Assembly (NCBI GenBank): GCA_964533495.1
Contig: CAZHJU010000009.1
Span: 25,041-89,040 of the forward strand
Reading direction: 5' to 3'
Length of the DNA: 64,000 bases
Origin: an uncultured Bordetella sp.
GTDB lineage: Bacteria; Pseudomonadota; Gammaproteobacteria; Burkholderiales; SG8-41
Position numbers and translations under genes: made by a program. Below are positions 19,335 to 30,947 of the stretch, piece by piece. Numbering within the stretch: the first letter of the stretch is position 1; every line of letters starts with the position of its first letter. A model generated the notes under the pieces. It was not told the origin of the DNA and did no database searches. It was given only the letters and a program-made list of their open reading frames with translations.

Positions 19335-19784
19335 ATGATGCGGCTGACCGAAACCGCGCAGAGTCTGACCATCGCCTATCCGGGATGGCTGGGTCTGTTC
19401 GTGTTTGCGCTGGGCCTTGCGCTGGCGGTGTGGGTCTGGCGGCACTTCACCTTCAACGGCCGCTTTTTCGGTTACGTCATGGGCACCCTGCTCGCGCTGT
19501 TCGGGGGGCTGTATTTTTTCACCTACAAGGCCGAACTGACGGCGGAAGGCGGCCGCAGTTACGCGCTGTTCCGCGGCGGCCACACCGGGGTCGCATGGGC
19601 GCAGGCCCGCAGCGCCGTCCTGCAGGAACGCCCCGGCAAAGGCCGGCCGATGTACATCGTCGTCGACCACGGCAACGGACCGCCTTTTGAAATCAACGCC
19701 ACCGACCTTTCGCACAACGACCGCGCCCGCGCGCTTGATTACATCCGCGCGCGCATGCACGATGCGCGCAACCCGCAACGCTGA
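19335..19784 (+). CDS. hypothetical membrane protein
   Basis: 149 aa with two hydrophobic helices near the N-terminus (WLGLFVFALGLALAVWVW, VMGTLLALFGGLYFF). I recognise no family. Confidence 0.5.
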   Translation: MMRLTETAQSLTIAYPGWLGLFVFALGLALAVWVWRHFTFNGRFFGYVMGTLLALFGGLYFFTYKAELTAEGGRSYALFRGGHTGVAWAQARSAVLQERPGKGRPMYIVVDHGNGPPFEINATDLSHNDRARALDYIRARMHDARNPQR

Positions 19785-19802
19785 ACCACGGAAATCCGCG
19801 AC

Positions 19803-20495
19803 ATGACCCTCACCCTGCGCATCCTCACCTCCAACAGCACCCGCACCATCCTCGACGCCCTCGCGCCCGCCTGGGAACAGGCCACCGGCAACCGGGTCAC
19901 CATGACCGCCGACTCGGCCAAGGCCATGGTCGCCCGCATCAAGTCCGGCGAAACCGGAGACGCGGTGATCCTCGGCAGCGGCGTGCTGAAGGAACTGGCC
20001 GAGGCCGGCATCGTCGTCGACGCGAGCCGCCGTCCCTTCGCCCGCGCCAGGGTCGGCGTCGGCGTGCGCCGCGGTTTTCCGAAGCCCGACATCGGCTCCG
20101 TGGACGCCTTTCGCCAGTCCCTGCTCGCGGCGAAGTCCGTGGCCCACACCGTGCACGGCGCGAGCGGCATGTACATGCCGGAGCTGTTCGAAAAGCTCGG
20201 CATCGCCGGGCAGATGAAACCGAAAACCGTGACCCGCCCCGGCGGCTACATCGGCAGTGTGGTTGTCGCCGGCGAGGCCGACCTCGCGCTGCAGCAGTTG
20301 CCGGAACTGCTCGCCGTCGACGGCCTGGAACTGGTCGGCCCGATTCCCGACGCGGTGCAGAAAACGCTGGAAACCGCATCCGGCATCGTTGCCACATCGC
20401 TCCATGCCGAAGCCGCGCGGGCGATGCTCGATTTTTTCGCGCGGCCGGAACACCGCGCCGTGTACGCCGAAAAAGGCCTGGAACAGGCCGCATGA
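19803..20495 (+). CDS. ModA-like periplasmic-binding-fold protein (substrate-binding domain protein)
   Basis: 230 aa. The MTLTLRILTSNSTRTILDALAPAWEQATGNRV... pattern resembles molybdate/tungstate-type type-II PBPs. No obvious signal peptide. Confidence 0.5.
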   Translation: MTLTLRILTSNSTRTILDALAPAWEQATGNRVTMTADSAKAMVARIKSGETGDAVILGSGVLKELAEAGIVVDASRRPFARARVGVGVRRGFPKPDIGSVDAFRQSLLAAKSVAHTVHGASGMYMPELFEKLGIAGQMKPKTVTRPGGYIGSVVVAGEADLALQQLPELLAVDGLELVGPIPDAVQKTLETASGIVATSLHAEAARAMLDFFARPEHRAVYAEKGLEQAA

Positions 20496-20521
20496 CCGCA
20501 AAACAACCCGGAGGAAAGCCC

Positions 20522-21505
20522 ATGAACCGCAGACATGCCCTACCCGCCGCCGCACTGGCCGTCGTCCTGCAACTCGGCGCGATGCCCGCAACGCAGGCCG
20601 CCGAAACCTGGCCAACGCGGCCGGTCCGCTTCATCGTGCCCTACCCGCCCGGCGGCACCACCGACATGGTCGCCCGCGGCGTCGCCGGCAAGCTCACGGA
20701 ACGCTGGGGACAGCAGTTCGTCGTCGACAACCGCGGCGGCGCCAGCACCATGATCGGCACGGACCTGATGGCCAAGTCGGCGCCCGACGGCTACACCATC
20801 GAGCTGGTCACGCAGACCACGATGTCGATCAACCCCAACGTCGTCGCGAAACAACCCTACGACACCGAGCGCGATCTCGCCCCGATCACCCAGGCGGTCT
20901 ATTTCCCCTACGTGATCGCGGCGCATCCCTCCACGCCCTACAACACGATGCAGGAACTGCTGGCCTACGCGAAGTCCAAGCCCGGCACGGTTACCTACTC
21001 CACGCCGGGCACCGCCTCGACCAACCATCTGGGCGGCGCGCTGCTGGAAACGCTGACCGGCATCAAGATGCTGCACGTGCCGTTCAAGGGATCCGGCCCC
21101 GCGCTGACGGCGGCGCTCGGCGGCCAGGTGCAGATAGTCATCACCGGCGCCGCGACCGTGATTCCGCAAGCCAGGGCCGGCAAGATCAAGGTCATCGCTT
21201 TCGCCGCGGAAAAGCGCCACCCCAACTGGCCCGACATCCCCTCGACCGGAGAAGCGGGACTGAAGGATTACGAAGCCGGAACCTGGTTCGGCATCGTGAC
21301 CCGCGCCGGCGCGCCGCGCGCCATCGTGCAATCGCTGAACAGGGAAATCGCCGCCGCGCTCAACGCCCCCGACCTGAGCAAGACGCTGACCTCCGCCGGC
21401 TTCGACATCCGCACCCAGTCACCCGAGGAATTCGCCAAATACATCAGGGCCGACCGCGCGCTGCTGGGCAAGGTCATCAAGGCAGCGGGAATCCAGCTGG
21501 AATGA
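20522..21505 (+). CDS. Bug-family TctC-like substrate-binding protein
   Basis: ATG at 20522 after GGAGGA. Signal peptide MNRRHALPAAALAVVLQLGAMPATQA, then FIVPYPPGGTTDM, NRGGAS and FKGS. Confidence 0.85.
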   Translation: MNRRHALPAAALAVVLQLGAMPATQAAETWPTRPVRFIVPYPPGGTTDMVARGVAGKLTERWGQQFVVDNRGGASTMIGTDLMAKSAPDGYTIELVTQTTMSINPNVVAKQPYDTERDLAPITQAVYFPYVIAAHPSTPYNTMQELLAYAKSKPGTVTYSTPGTASTNHLGGALLETLTGIKMLHVPFKGSGPALTAALGGQVQIVITGAATVIPQARAGKIKVIAFAAEKRHPNWPDIPSTGEAGLKDYEAGTWFGIVTRAGAPRAIVQSLNREIAAALNAPDLSKTLTSAGFDIRTQSPEEFAKYIRADRALLGKVIKAAGIQLE

Positions 21506-21539
21506 CGCGATTGCCAATGCGGCTCCGGCCACAGGATGA

Positions 21540-23156
<1,617 letters not shown>

Positions 23157-23308
23157 CGCGTCCTGCCTGCCGCGGGAAGCGGCCGGGACCGCCCTCCGGG
23201 CAAAGGGGCGCATTCTACGCAGGTTCGCCGCCCGCGGGCAGTTCCCCCGCCGGGCGCGGTAAAATCGGCCGCATCATTTTCCGGAGCGGATTTCCCTGGA
23301 GCAGACAC

Positions 23309-24127
23309 ATGGTTCCCGTCTACAAACTGATCGCCGCCGCGCTGACCGTCGTCACCCTGGGCACGACGGCCAGCTGCCAGTCGACCACCTCCGGCGGCAG
23401 CGTCGGCGCCGACCGCAGGCAGCTGCTGCTGGTGTCCTCGGACCAGCTCAATCAGATGGCGGTCAAGGCTTACGCCCAGCTGCAGACCGAGTCGGCGAAA
23501 AAGGGCGTGCTCAACACCGACACCGCGCTGACCGGCCGCGTGCGCGCGATCGCCAACCGCATCACGCCGCAGACCCGCGCCTTCCGCGCCGACGCGCCGG
23601 GCTGGAAATGGGAAGTCAACGTCATCAACAGCAAGGAACTCAACGCCTTCTGCATGCCCGGCGGCAAGATCATGTTCTATTCGGGCATCATCCAGCAGCT
23701 CAGGCTCAGCGACGACGAAATCGCCGTGATCATGGGCCACGAGATCGCCCACGCGCTGCGCGAGCATTCGCGCGAGCAGGTGTCGCAGGCCGTCGCCGCG
23801 GAAACCGCGATCGGCCTCGGCGCCGTGCTGCTGGGGCTGGGCGACGGCGCGGCCAACCTGACCGGCACGGCCTACCAGGCGCTGATCGCCAGCAGCTTCA
23901 GCCGCAGCCACGAAACGGAAGCCGACCGCATCGGCCTCGAACTCGCCGCCCGCGCCGGCTACGATCCGCGCGCCGGCGTGACCCTGTGGAAAAAAATGCT
24001 CGCCGCCAACCAGGGCGGCAGCCCGCCGGAATTCCTCAGCACCCACCCGGCGGAAACCCGCCGCATCCAGGAAATCGAGGCACTGCTGCCGGCGGTGATG
24101 CCGCTGTACCAGGCGGCTAAACGCTGA
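23309..24127 (+). CDS. M48-family zinc metallopeptidase (lipoprotein-like N-terminus)
   Basis: HEIAHALREH (HExxH) plus a downstream E..AD motif. The N-terminal LGTTASCQ resembles a lipobox. Confidence 0.85.
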   Translation: MVPVYKLIAAALTVVTLGTTASCQSTTSGGSVGADRRQLLLVSSDQLNQMAVKAYAQLQTESAKKGVLNTDTALTGRVRAIANRITPQTRAFRADAPGWKWEVNVINSKELNAFCMPGGKIMFYSGIIQQLRLSDDEIAVIMGHEIAHALREHSREQVSQAVAAETAIGLGAVLLGLGDGAANLTGTAYQALIASSFSRSHETEADRIGLELAARAGYDPRAGVTLWKKMLAANQGGSPPEFLSTHPAETRRIQEIEALLPAVMPLYQAAKR

Positions 24128-24255
24128 ACGACCAACCACCGGGATGACCCCGCTGCGCCTGGCCAAGGGGCGCGGTTACAGGGCGATGGTAGAGATTCTC
24201 GAAAAAGCGGGCGCGAAATAGTCCGGATGCGTATTACCATGCATTCAATCGAGCC

Positions 24256-24774
24256 TTGGCATCACCTTGCAACGATTCCCCCGCAAACACTGACGGCCGA
24301 ACCTTGTCACTCGCCACCTGGGAACTGCTGAGCTACATCGTCACCGTCGTCGGCCTGCCGCTGGCGATCACGGTGTTCCTGTTCGAGCAGCGCAAGGAGC
24401 GCGAGAACGAGGAGGAAGAGGTCTACCAGCTGCTGTCCGACAACTACCAGGATTTCCTCAAGGTCGCGCTGAACAACCCCGACCTGCGGCTGTTCTCGAA
24501 CGACGTCACGCTGCCGCTGAACGAGGAACAGAAGGAGCGGCAACTGATCATCTTCGCGATGCTGATCTCGCTGTTCGAACGCGCCTACCTGCTGCTCTAC
24601 GATGACGGCATGTCGCCGAAGCAGGCGCGGCGCTGGCATTCGTGGAAGGACTACATCGTCGAGTGGTGCGACAAGCCCCGCTTCCGCGCCAGCCTGCCGG
24701 CACTGCTGCGCGGCGAGGATCCGGATTTCGTGCGCTACGTCGAGCGCATCGCCGGCGACGCCTCAGCCCGCTGA
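24256..24774 (+). CDS. hypothetical protein (one TM helix, then an acidic/charged segment)
   Basis: 172 aa ORF from a TTG codon. It has the helix LLSYIVTVVGLPLAITVFLF followed by EQRKERENEEEEVYQ. The start is uncertain and I recognise no family. Confidence 0.4.
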   Translation: MASPCNDSPANTDGRTLSLATWELLSYIVTVVGLPLAITVFLFEQRKERENEEEEVYQLLSDNYQDFLKVALNNPDLRLFSNDVTLPLNEEQKERQLIIFAMLISLFERAYLLLYDDGMSPKQARRWHSWKDYIVEWCDKPRFRASLPALLRGEDPDFVRYVERIAGDASAR

Positions 24775-25926
24775 ACCGGGGACCGGGCGCGGCACCAGCC
24801 GCCACAGCGAAGTCACCTCCGCCGCCCGCGCCGCATGCAGCGGATCGGCGGCATCCTGCGCCTTCGGGTGCTGCGGCCGCGCCTCGCTGCGGCTTTTCAC
24901 CATCAATCCCGCCGCATCGATCAGCGCCAGCAGTTCCTCGCGCGTGCGCAGGCCCAGATGCTCGGCGATGTCGGACAGGATCAGCCAGCCCTCGCCCCCC
25001 GGTTCGAGATGCGCCGCGAGCCCGGCGAGGAACCCGCGCAGCATTTTGCCGCCGGGATCGTAGACCGCGCGTTCGACCGGCGCGCTGGGCTGCGACGGAA
25101 TCCACGGCGGATTGCAGACGACCAGCGGCGCGCGGCCTTCCGGAAACAGGTCGGCCTCGACCACTTCCACCTGCGCCCCCAGTCCCAGCCGACTGATGTT
25201 GTCGCGCGCGCAGGCCAGCGCGCGCGTATCGGTTTCGGTGGCGACGATCCGGGCGACGCCGCGTTTCGCCAGCAGCGCCGCCAGCACCCCGGTGCCGGTG
25301 CCGATGTCGAAAGCCAGCGTCTGCGCCGGCAGCGTCGCCTGCGCCGCCAGCTTCACGTATTCGCTGCGGATCGGCGCGAACACGCCGTAGTGCGGATGGA
25401 TGCGCGCGCCCAGCGCCGGCACGTCCACGCCTTTCCGGCGCCATTCGTGCGCGCCGATCAGGCCCAGCAGCTCGCGCAGCGACACCACGCTGGCCTCGCC
25501 GTCGGGCCCGCCCCAGGCTTCGCCGCAGGCCAGCCGCAGGTCGGGCGCGCGGCGCAGCGGAATGCCGTAATCGGCCTCCAGCGGGATCAGCAGCATCGAC
25601 AGCGTATGCGCGCGCTGGGCCTGCGCCTGGCGGTGACGGTGAAAGGCGGCGCCCGGAGCGGCATCGGGAACCGCCTGCCTGCGTTTCTGCTTACGCGGCC
25701 GGTCGACGCGGCGCATCAGCGCCTGCAACAGCAGGCGCGCGTTCTGGAAATCGCTGCGCCAGAGCAGGCCGACACCCTCCGAAGCGAGCCGGAACGCGGA
25801 GTCCGCGCTCATCGTGTCGTCGGCCACCACCACGCGTTTCGGCGGCGCGGCGCCGCTTTCGGAGCGCCAGCGCACGGCGCGTTCTTCAGCGCCGTCATTG
25901 AAATGGATCAGGGGTTGTGCAGTCAC
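24763..25926 (-). CDS. class I SAM-dependent methyltransferase with NPPW motif
   Basis: Motif I FDIGTGTGVLA lies upstream of motif IV VVCNPPWIP, the HemK/RsmC-like order. The ORF extends to 26106 but would then overlap the upstream gene, so a GTG at 25926 or the ATG at 25992 is a more plausible start. Confidence 0.65.
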   Translation of the reverse strand: MTAQPLIHFNDGAEERAVRWRSESGAAPPKRVVVADDTMSADSAFRLASEGVGLLWRSDFQNARLLLQALMRRVDRPRKQKRRQAVPDAAPGAAFHRHRQAQAQRAHTLSMLLIPLEADYGIPLRRAPDLRLACGEAWGGPDGEASVVSLRELLGLIGAHEWRRKGVDVPALGARIHPHYGVFAPIRSEYVKLAAQATLPAQTLAFDIGTGTGVLAALLAKRGVARIVATETDTRALACARDNISRLGLGAQVEVVEADLFPEGRAPLVVCNPPWIPSQPSAPVERAVYDPGGKMLRGFLAGLAAHLEPGGEGWLILSDIAEHLGLRTREELLALIDAAGLMVKSRSEARPQHPKAQDAADPLHAARAAEVTSLWRLVPRPVPGSAG

Positions 25927-26038
25927 TTGCAGGCTTTCCGCCGGCGGGCGCCGGCTCGACACGGGCGCAAGACGCGCCGCAGGCCCGAGCATAACAGGGC
26001 GATCGCGGATCAAAAAAACAGGCCGCGGCCCGGGAGGT

Positions 26039-26842
26039 TTATTCCAGGCGGCTTTCCGGCCAGGCCGACGCGTCGATGGTGTCGCGGTAGGCATGCCAAG
26101 TCGCATGCCCCAGCACCGGAATCGTCACCGCGAGGCCGAGCAGCGCGGTGGCGAAACCGATGCCCGTCAACACGACGATCAGCAGCGCCCACACCGCCAT
26201 CGCCGGCTTGTTGCGCAGCACGGCGTTGACGCTGGTGACGATGGCGGTCACCGCATCGGTCTCGCGGTCGCAGATCATCGGCAGTGAAAACGCGCTGAAG
26301 GTGAAGGTCAGCAGCGCGAAGATCGAGCCCACCGCCGAGCCGATGCCGAGGAACAGCGCGAGTTCGCGCCAGTCCGAACCGCCATGCGCCGGGAAAAACA
26401 CGTGCACCATCGAACCCGCGCGCGCCCACACCAGGAACAGCACCAGCAGCGCCAGCGCGAACACCATCGCGTTGCCCAGCGCGCGGCCCTGCTCTTCCAT
26501 GCAGCGCACCAGCGTCGGCGCCATGCCGCGTTCGAGCTGGCGGCTGATCGAGTAAATGCCCAGCGCCAGCAGCGGCGCCACGAACACGAAGCCCGACAGC
26601 AGCACCAGCGCCGCCCAGTAGCTGCCGGCGGCAAGCCCGATGCCGGTGACGACCCAGGACAGCACGACGATGGCGACGCCGAGGCCGAGGCTCTGCCGCG
26701 GCGCCCGCCGGAAATCCGACCAGCCGCGGCGCAGCCACCAGCCGAACGGCGCCCCGGCGGCAATCGTCCGGCAGGGCGCGACGAAGGGCAGCGCCGGCGC
26801 CTCGCCGGAACCCGGATCTTCGCCTGCCGGGCTGCCCGTCAT
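26039..26842 (-). CDS. DUF2189-like integral membrane protein
   Basis: 267 aa with multiple TM helices. The N-terminal pattern PFGWWLRRGWSDFRRAPRQSLGLG resembles what I recall of DUF2189. Confidence 0.55.
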   Translation of the reverse strand: MTGSPAGEDPGSGEAPALPFVAPCRTIAAGAPFGWWLRRGWSDFRRAPRQSLGLGVAIVVLSWVVTGIGLAAGSYWAALVLLSGFVFVAPLLALGIYSISRQLERGMAPTLVRCMEEQGRALGNAMVFALALLVLFLVWARAGSMVHVFFPAHGGSDWRELALFLGIGSAVGSIFALLTFTFSAFSLPMICDRETDAVTAIVTSVNAVLRNKPAMAVWALLIVVLTGIGFATALLGLAVTIPVLGHATWHAYRDTIDASAWPESRLE

Positions 26843-26941
26843 GCCGGACCCGTTTCGCCGGTCCGGATTCGACCGGCGCCGACTTCATCGGCGCATGGTT
26901 CTGCCTGCCCGGAGCAATGCACGGCGGTCTCTTTCCGGCGG

Positions 26942-27910
26942 TTATTCGGCACGGATGCCGGCTTCGGCGATGATCTTCGCCCACTTCGAAATTTCAGCGC
27001 GGACGAATTCGGCGAACTGCGCCGGCGTGTTGCCCACCGCCTCGAATCCGTGATCGAGCAGCGACTGCTTCACGTCAGGCTGGTTCAGGACGGCGGACAC
27101 ATCCGCCTGGAACTTGCCGGTGATCGCCGCCGGCACGCCCGCCGCCGTCACCAGGCCGCCCCATTGCGTGACCTCGAAACCCGGGACTCCCGCCTCCGCC
27201 ACCGTCGGCATTTCGGGAAACAGCGCCGAGCGGCCGGCGGTGGTCACCGCCAGCGGCCGCAGGCGCCCGGCCTTGATCTGCGCCAGCACCGAAGGAATGT
27301 TCGGAAACATCAACTGCACCTGCCCGCTGACGAGGTCGATGATCGCCGGCGGCTGGCCCTTGTACGGCACGTGCACGACGCGCGTCTTCGTCGCCGACTT
27401 GAACAGTTCGGCCGCCATGTGCGCCGAGGCGCCGATGCCCGAGGATGCGTAGTTCAGCTGGTCGGGCCGCGCCCTGGCCAGCGCCACCAGCTCGCGCACA
27501 TTCCTGACCGGCAGCGAGGGATGCACCACCAGCATCAGCGGCGACGACGACACCAGCGTGATCGGCGAAAAATCCTTCACCGGATCGAACAGCGGCTTGC
27601 GCACGAGGCTCGGATAGGTCGTGAAGGTCGCCGGCACCAGCACCACCGTGTAGCCGTCGGGCGCGGCGCGCGCCGCCATCTCGGTGCCGAGATTGCCGCC
27701 GGCACCGGGCCGGTTGTCGATGATCACCTGCTGTCCCCAGCGCTCGGCGAGCTTCTGGCCGATGACCCGCGACGAAATGTCCGCCGCGCCGCCGGGAGGG
27801 AAAGGCACGATCCAGCGCACCTGCTTCGCCGGAAAATTCTGCGCCAACGCCGGCAAAGCCTGCAGGCCCAGCAGCAGTCCGATGACCATCGTTCCCAGAC
27901 TCGCGCGCAT
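26942..27910 (-). CDS. Bug-family TctC-like substrate-binding protein
   Basis: ATG at 27910 after GGAGGTGGAG. Signal peptide MRASLGTMVIGLLLGLQALPALAQ, then WIVPFPPGGAADI, NRPGAGG and YKGQ. Confidence 0.85.
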   Translation of the reverse strand: MRASLGTMVIGLLLGLQALPALAQNFPAKQVRWIVPFPPGGAADISSRVIGQKLAERWGQQVIIDNRPGAGGNLGTEMAARAAPDGYTVVLVPATFTTYPSLVRKPLFDPVKDFSPITLVSSSPLMLVVHPSLPVRNVRELVALARARPDQLNYASSGIGASAHMAAELFKSATKTRVVHVPYKGQPPAIIDLVSGQVQLMFPNIPSVLAQIKAGRLRPLAVTTAGRSALFPEMPTVAEAGVPGFEVTQWGGLVTAAGVPAAITGKFQADVSAVLNQPDVKQSLLDHGFEAVGNTPAQFAEFVRAEISKWAKIIAEAGIRAE

Positions 27911-27926
27911 CTCCACCTCCTTTGGA

Positions 27927-27969
27927 ATTATTTGTAAGTACTTGTTTTTATTGATATTTTTTAAATTAT
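27927..27969 (+). repeat. copy of the dispersed AT-rich intergenic motif
   Basis: ATTATTTGTAAGTACTTGTTTTTATTGATATTTTTTAAATTAT. The core TTGTTTTTATTGAT matches TTGATTTTATTGAT at 13/14 positions. It sits between the stop of the flavoprotein gene and the start of the Bug gene. Confidence 0.7.
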
Positions 27970-29702
27970 GCCGCGGCAGCCACCGCCGGCAGTCCCGGCG
28001 GCGGCTCCGCCGCTTCCAGCCCCGGCACCGGACGCAATTCGCCGCACACACTGCCCTCCGCGTTCCGCAACACGATGTTGGCGAGAAATTTCCCGTCGTC
28101 GCGTTCCGGAAAATCGAGGCGGAAATGCCCGCCGCGGCTTTCCTCGCGCATCAGCGCCGCGGTCGCAAGCATGCGCGCGACCTGGATCAGATTGCGGGTC
28201 TCCAGCGACAGGCGCAGGCAGTCGAAACGCGCGCGCACCGTGTCGCCGCTGACGCCGATCCTGTCGAAGCGCGCCTCCAGCCGATCGAGCTGCCGCATCG
28301 CGTCCTGCAGCCGGTCGGCCCGCCGCACCTGCCCCACCGATTCCACCACCAGTTGCTGCACGTCGTTGCGCCAGGCCTCCGGCGACTCGCCGTCGCGCCG
28401 CGACCATGCGTCGAGGGCCGCGATGCCTTCGCGCCAGTCCCCCATGCCGGCCGACACCGCCGGCTGCGTCCGCGCCTCCAGCGCCGCCGCCAGTCCCGAA
28501 CGATAGCCGAACACGTAGCTGTCGATCAGCGCGGCGCCGCCGAGGCGGTTCGCACCGTGGATGCCGCCCGCCGCCTCGCCGCCGGCATAAAGGCCGCGCA
28601 CCGCGCTGCGACCCCATTCGTCGATGCGCACGCCGCCGAGGTAGGTGTGCGGGCAGCTCGTCACCTCCAGGAAATCCCTGCTCATGTCGACGCCGCCGTT
28701 CATGAAGGTCTTGACGATGTCGCCGGAGGCGCCGTGGTTCGCCTCCTCGAACACGTGGCGGATGTCGATGCACACCGCGTTGTTGGCGGTGCCGCGCCCC
28801 TCGAAAATCTCCATCGCCACCGCGCGGTTCAGCATCGAGCGCGTCGAGCGCTCCATGCGCTCCGGGTCGTAGCGCTTCATGAAGCGCTCGCCGTCCCTGT
28901 TGAGCAGGTAGCCACCCTCGTTGAGGAAGCCGCTGGAATGCGGCGGGTAGCCCGCGAGCTTCGCCGGCGCCGCGGTGATCATCTGGTAATCGATGAACTC
29001 CATGTCGATCAGTTCCGCGCCCGCGCGCCAGGCCATCGCGTAGCCGTCGCCGGTGATCGTCGGCGGCGAATCGTTCAGCGCGTGCAGTTGCGGCGCGCCG
29101 CCCGTGGTCAGCACCGTCGAACGCGCGTGCACCACCACCGGCACGCCCTCGCGATAGCGGAAACCCCAGGCGCCGACAACGCGCCCTTCGTGGCGCAGCA
29201 GGTCGACCAGCATCACGTGATCCATCGGATCGACGCCGTCGCCCCTGGTTTTTTTCGACAGCGCGTTCATCAGCGGCTTGCCCATCAGGCGCCCGCAGTG
29301 CACCAGCCGCGCATGGCGGTGCGGAAAGGCCCCCATCTTCTGGTCGTAGCGGCCGTCGGGCAGCTTCGCGAGCCCCAGCCCCCAGGCGTCGAGCTCCAGC
29401 GTGCGGTCTATCGACTCGCGGCACATCAACTGCGCGAGCCGCCTGTTGTTCAGGCCGAAGCCGCCCTGCAGGGTGTCCTCGAAGAACAGGTCCGGATTGT
29501 CGTCGGCGCTGGAGTGCCCGATCGCGACCGAATGGCCGCCGCGCGCCATCGACGAACTGCCCGAGGCATAGGTGCCCTTGGTCAGCAGCACGGGCGTGAC
29601 GCCCGCGCGCTGCGCCCCGACCGCGGCCATCATGCCCGCCACGCCGCCGCCAATGATCAACACGTCCGCCGTCAGATGCCGGACGCCGCCCGACTCGACC
29701 AT
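27966..29702 (-). CDS. FAD-dependent oxidoreductase, succinate dehydrogenase/fumarate reductase flavoprotein-like
   Basis: ATG at 29702 after GGAGGA. ADVLIIGGGVAGMMAA dinucleotide fold, GGLYAGGEAAGGIHGANRLGG, and RGGHFR near the C-terminus. Confidence 0.85.
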   Translation of the reverse strand: MVESGGVRHLTADVLIIGGGVAGMMAAVGAQRAGVTPVLLTKGTYASGSSSMARGGHSVAIGHSSADDNPDLFFEDTLQGGFGLNNRRLAQLMCRESIDRTLELDAWGLGLAKLPDGRYDQKMGAFPHRHARLVHCGRLMGKPLMNALSKKTRGDGVDPMDHVMLVDLLRHEGRVVGAWGFRYREGVPVVVHARSTVLTTGGAPQLHALNDSPPTITGDGYAMAWRAGAELIDMEFIDYQMITAAPAKLAGYPPHSSGFLNEGGYLLNRDGERFMKRYDPERMERSTRSMLNRAVAMEIFEGRGTANNAVCIDIRHVFEEANHGASGDIVKTFMNGGVDMSRDFLEVTSCPHTYLGGVRIDEWGRSAVRGLYAGGEAAGGIHGANRLGGAALIDSYVFGYRSGLAAALEARTQPAVSAGMGDWREGIAALDAWSRRDGESPEAWRNDVQQLVVESVGQVRRADRLQDAMRQLDRLEARFDRIGVSGDTVRARFDCLRLSLETRNLIQVARMLATAALMREESRGGHFRLDFPERDDGKFLANIVLRNAEGSVCGELRPVPGLEAAEPPPGLPAVAAAA

Positions 29703-29918
29703 GCCTGCTCCTCCTGGCAATCCGGCGGCCGCAGGGTGCGGCCCGCGCCCGGCGGCTGTTGTCCTGTTTTCCGCCGCCGGCCGGTTGGCGCTGCAGACGG
29801 CAGATTAAGTGCGCCCTGCCGGGTTTGGCAAGCAGATCAGCATGTGGCCCCGGGCCGCGGCCTCGGAGCGGATTTGTGCTCTAATGAATCCGCCGGACTG
29901 CACCCCACGGAGGAGACC

Positions 29919-30833
29919 ATGGATACAGTGCAAGACGCCCGACTCGACATCCGCGACAGCGGCAGACCGGTCGGTGCGGAAGTCTGCGGCGTCGACCTGT
30001 CGCAGAACCTGGACGACGCCACCTTCAACGCGATCAAGAACCTGCTCGACCGCAGCGGCATGATCTGCCTGCGCGGCCAGAAGCTGACGCCGGAGCAGTT
30101 GATCGCCTTCACCGCGCGCTTCGGTCCCCCGGACAAACACGTGCGCCAGGAATATGCCCTGCCCGGCCACCCGCAGATCCACCTGATCTCGAACGTCAAG
30201 GACGGCGAGCGCTCGATCGGCTCCGCCTATGCCGGCGACGACTGGCACACCGACCTCTGCTTCATGCGCAAGCCCGGCCACTACACCTTCCTCTACGCCA
30301 TCGAAGTGCCCGTCAAGGACGGCCGCGTGCTCGGCGACACCTGCTTCGCCAGCACCGCGCAGGCGTACGACACGCTTGACGCCGGCACCCGCGACTGGCT
30401 GGACCAACAACGCGGCATATTCCAGTACCACCGCGCGCAGGAACGCAAGCAGCAGCAACGCGCGAAGGATCACGCCCGCCCGCCGCTGACCGCCGCACAG
30501 AAAGCCGCGACACCCGACGTCTCGCACGACGCCGTGATCACCCACCCGGTCACCGGCCGCAAGTGCATCTACGTCAACAAGACCTACACCTTCGGCTTCG
30601 AAGGCATGAAAGAGGAAGACGCAGCGCCGATCCTCAAGCGCCTGCACGAACACATCACCCGCGACGATGCGGTCTACACCCACAAATGGCAGGCCGGCGA
30701 CATCATTCTGTGGGACAACTACTCGACGCAGCACATGGCGGTCGGCGACTATGCGTTGCCGCAGCGAAGGTTGATGCACCGGACGGCGATTTGTGGGACG
30801 GATGAGTTGGGGGCGAAGGTGCTGGCGGGGTAA
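29919..30833 (+). CDS. TauD/TfdA-family Fe(II)/2-oxoglutarate dioxygenase
   Basis: ATG at 29919 after AGGAGA. WHTDLCF (HxD), a distal H in WDNYSTQHMA and LMHRT. This is only the C-terminal 304 aa of the 1049-aa track ORF. Confidence 0.85.
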   Translation: MDTVQDARLDIRDSGRPVGAEVCGVDLSQNLDDATFNAIKNLLDRSGMICLRGQKLTPEQLIAFTARFGPPDKHVRQEYALPGHPQIHLISNVKDGERSIGSAYAGDDWHTDLCFMRKPGHYTFLYAIEVPVKDGRVLGDTCFASTAQAYDTLDAGTRDWLDQQRGIFQYHRAQERKQQQRAKDHARPPLTAAQKAATPDVSHDAVITHPVTGRKCIYVNKTYTFGFEGMKEEDAAPILKRLHEHITRDDAVYTHKWQAGDIILWDNYSTQHMAVGDYALPQRRLMHRTAICGTDELGAKVLAG

Positions 30834-30947
30834 GTCGTATTAACCAGTGTAGCTTTTCCAAAAACTTACACTGACCATATTTATCCCCGAAATTGTCCGC
30901 GACGCTCGCTGCCATCCAGCTCAAACCCATCGCAAGAGAAAGCGAAT

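Noticed and set aside
67-20615. Many very long ORFs in the track, for example 67..1005 +, 1583..2653 +, 3253..4908 +, 7056..8003 -, 10832..12868 -, 14939..17455 - (838 aa) and 17943..20615 - (890 aa).
   Set aside because: They lie antisense to, or out of frame with, genes that have clear family motifs. Their translations are Arg/Ala/Gly/Pro-rich low-complexity strings typical of shadow ORFs in high-GC DNA, and they lack RBS or start context.
27684-29918. The N-terminal 745 aa of the 1049-aa ORF 27684..30833.
   Set aside because: This part is antisense to the well-supported flavoprotein gene (27966..29702). The TauD-like domain starts only at the RBS-preceded ATG at 29919.
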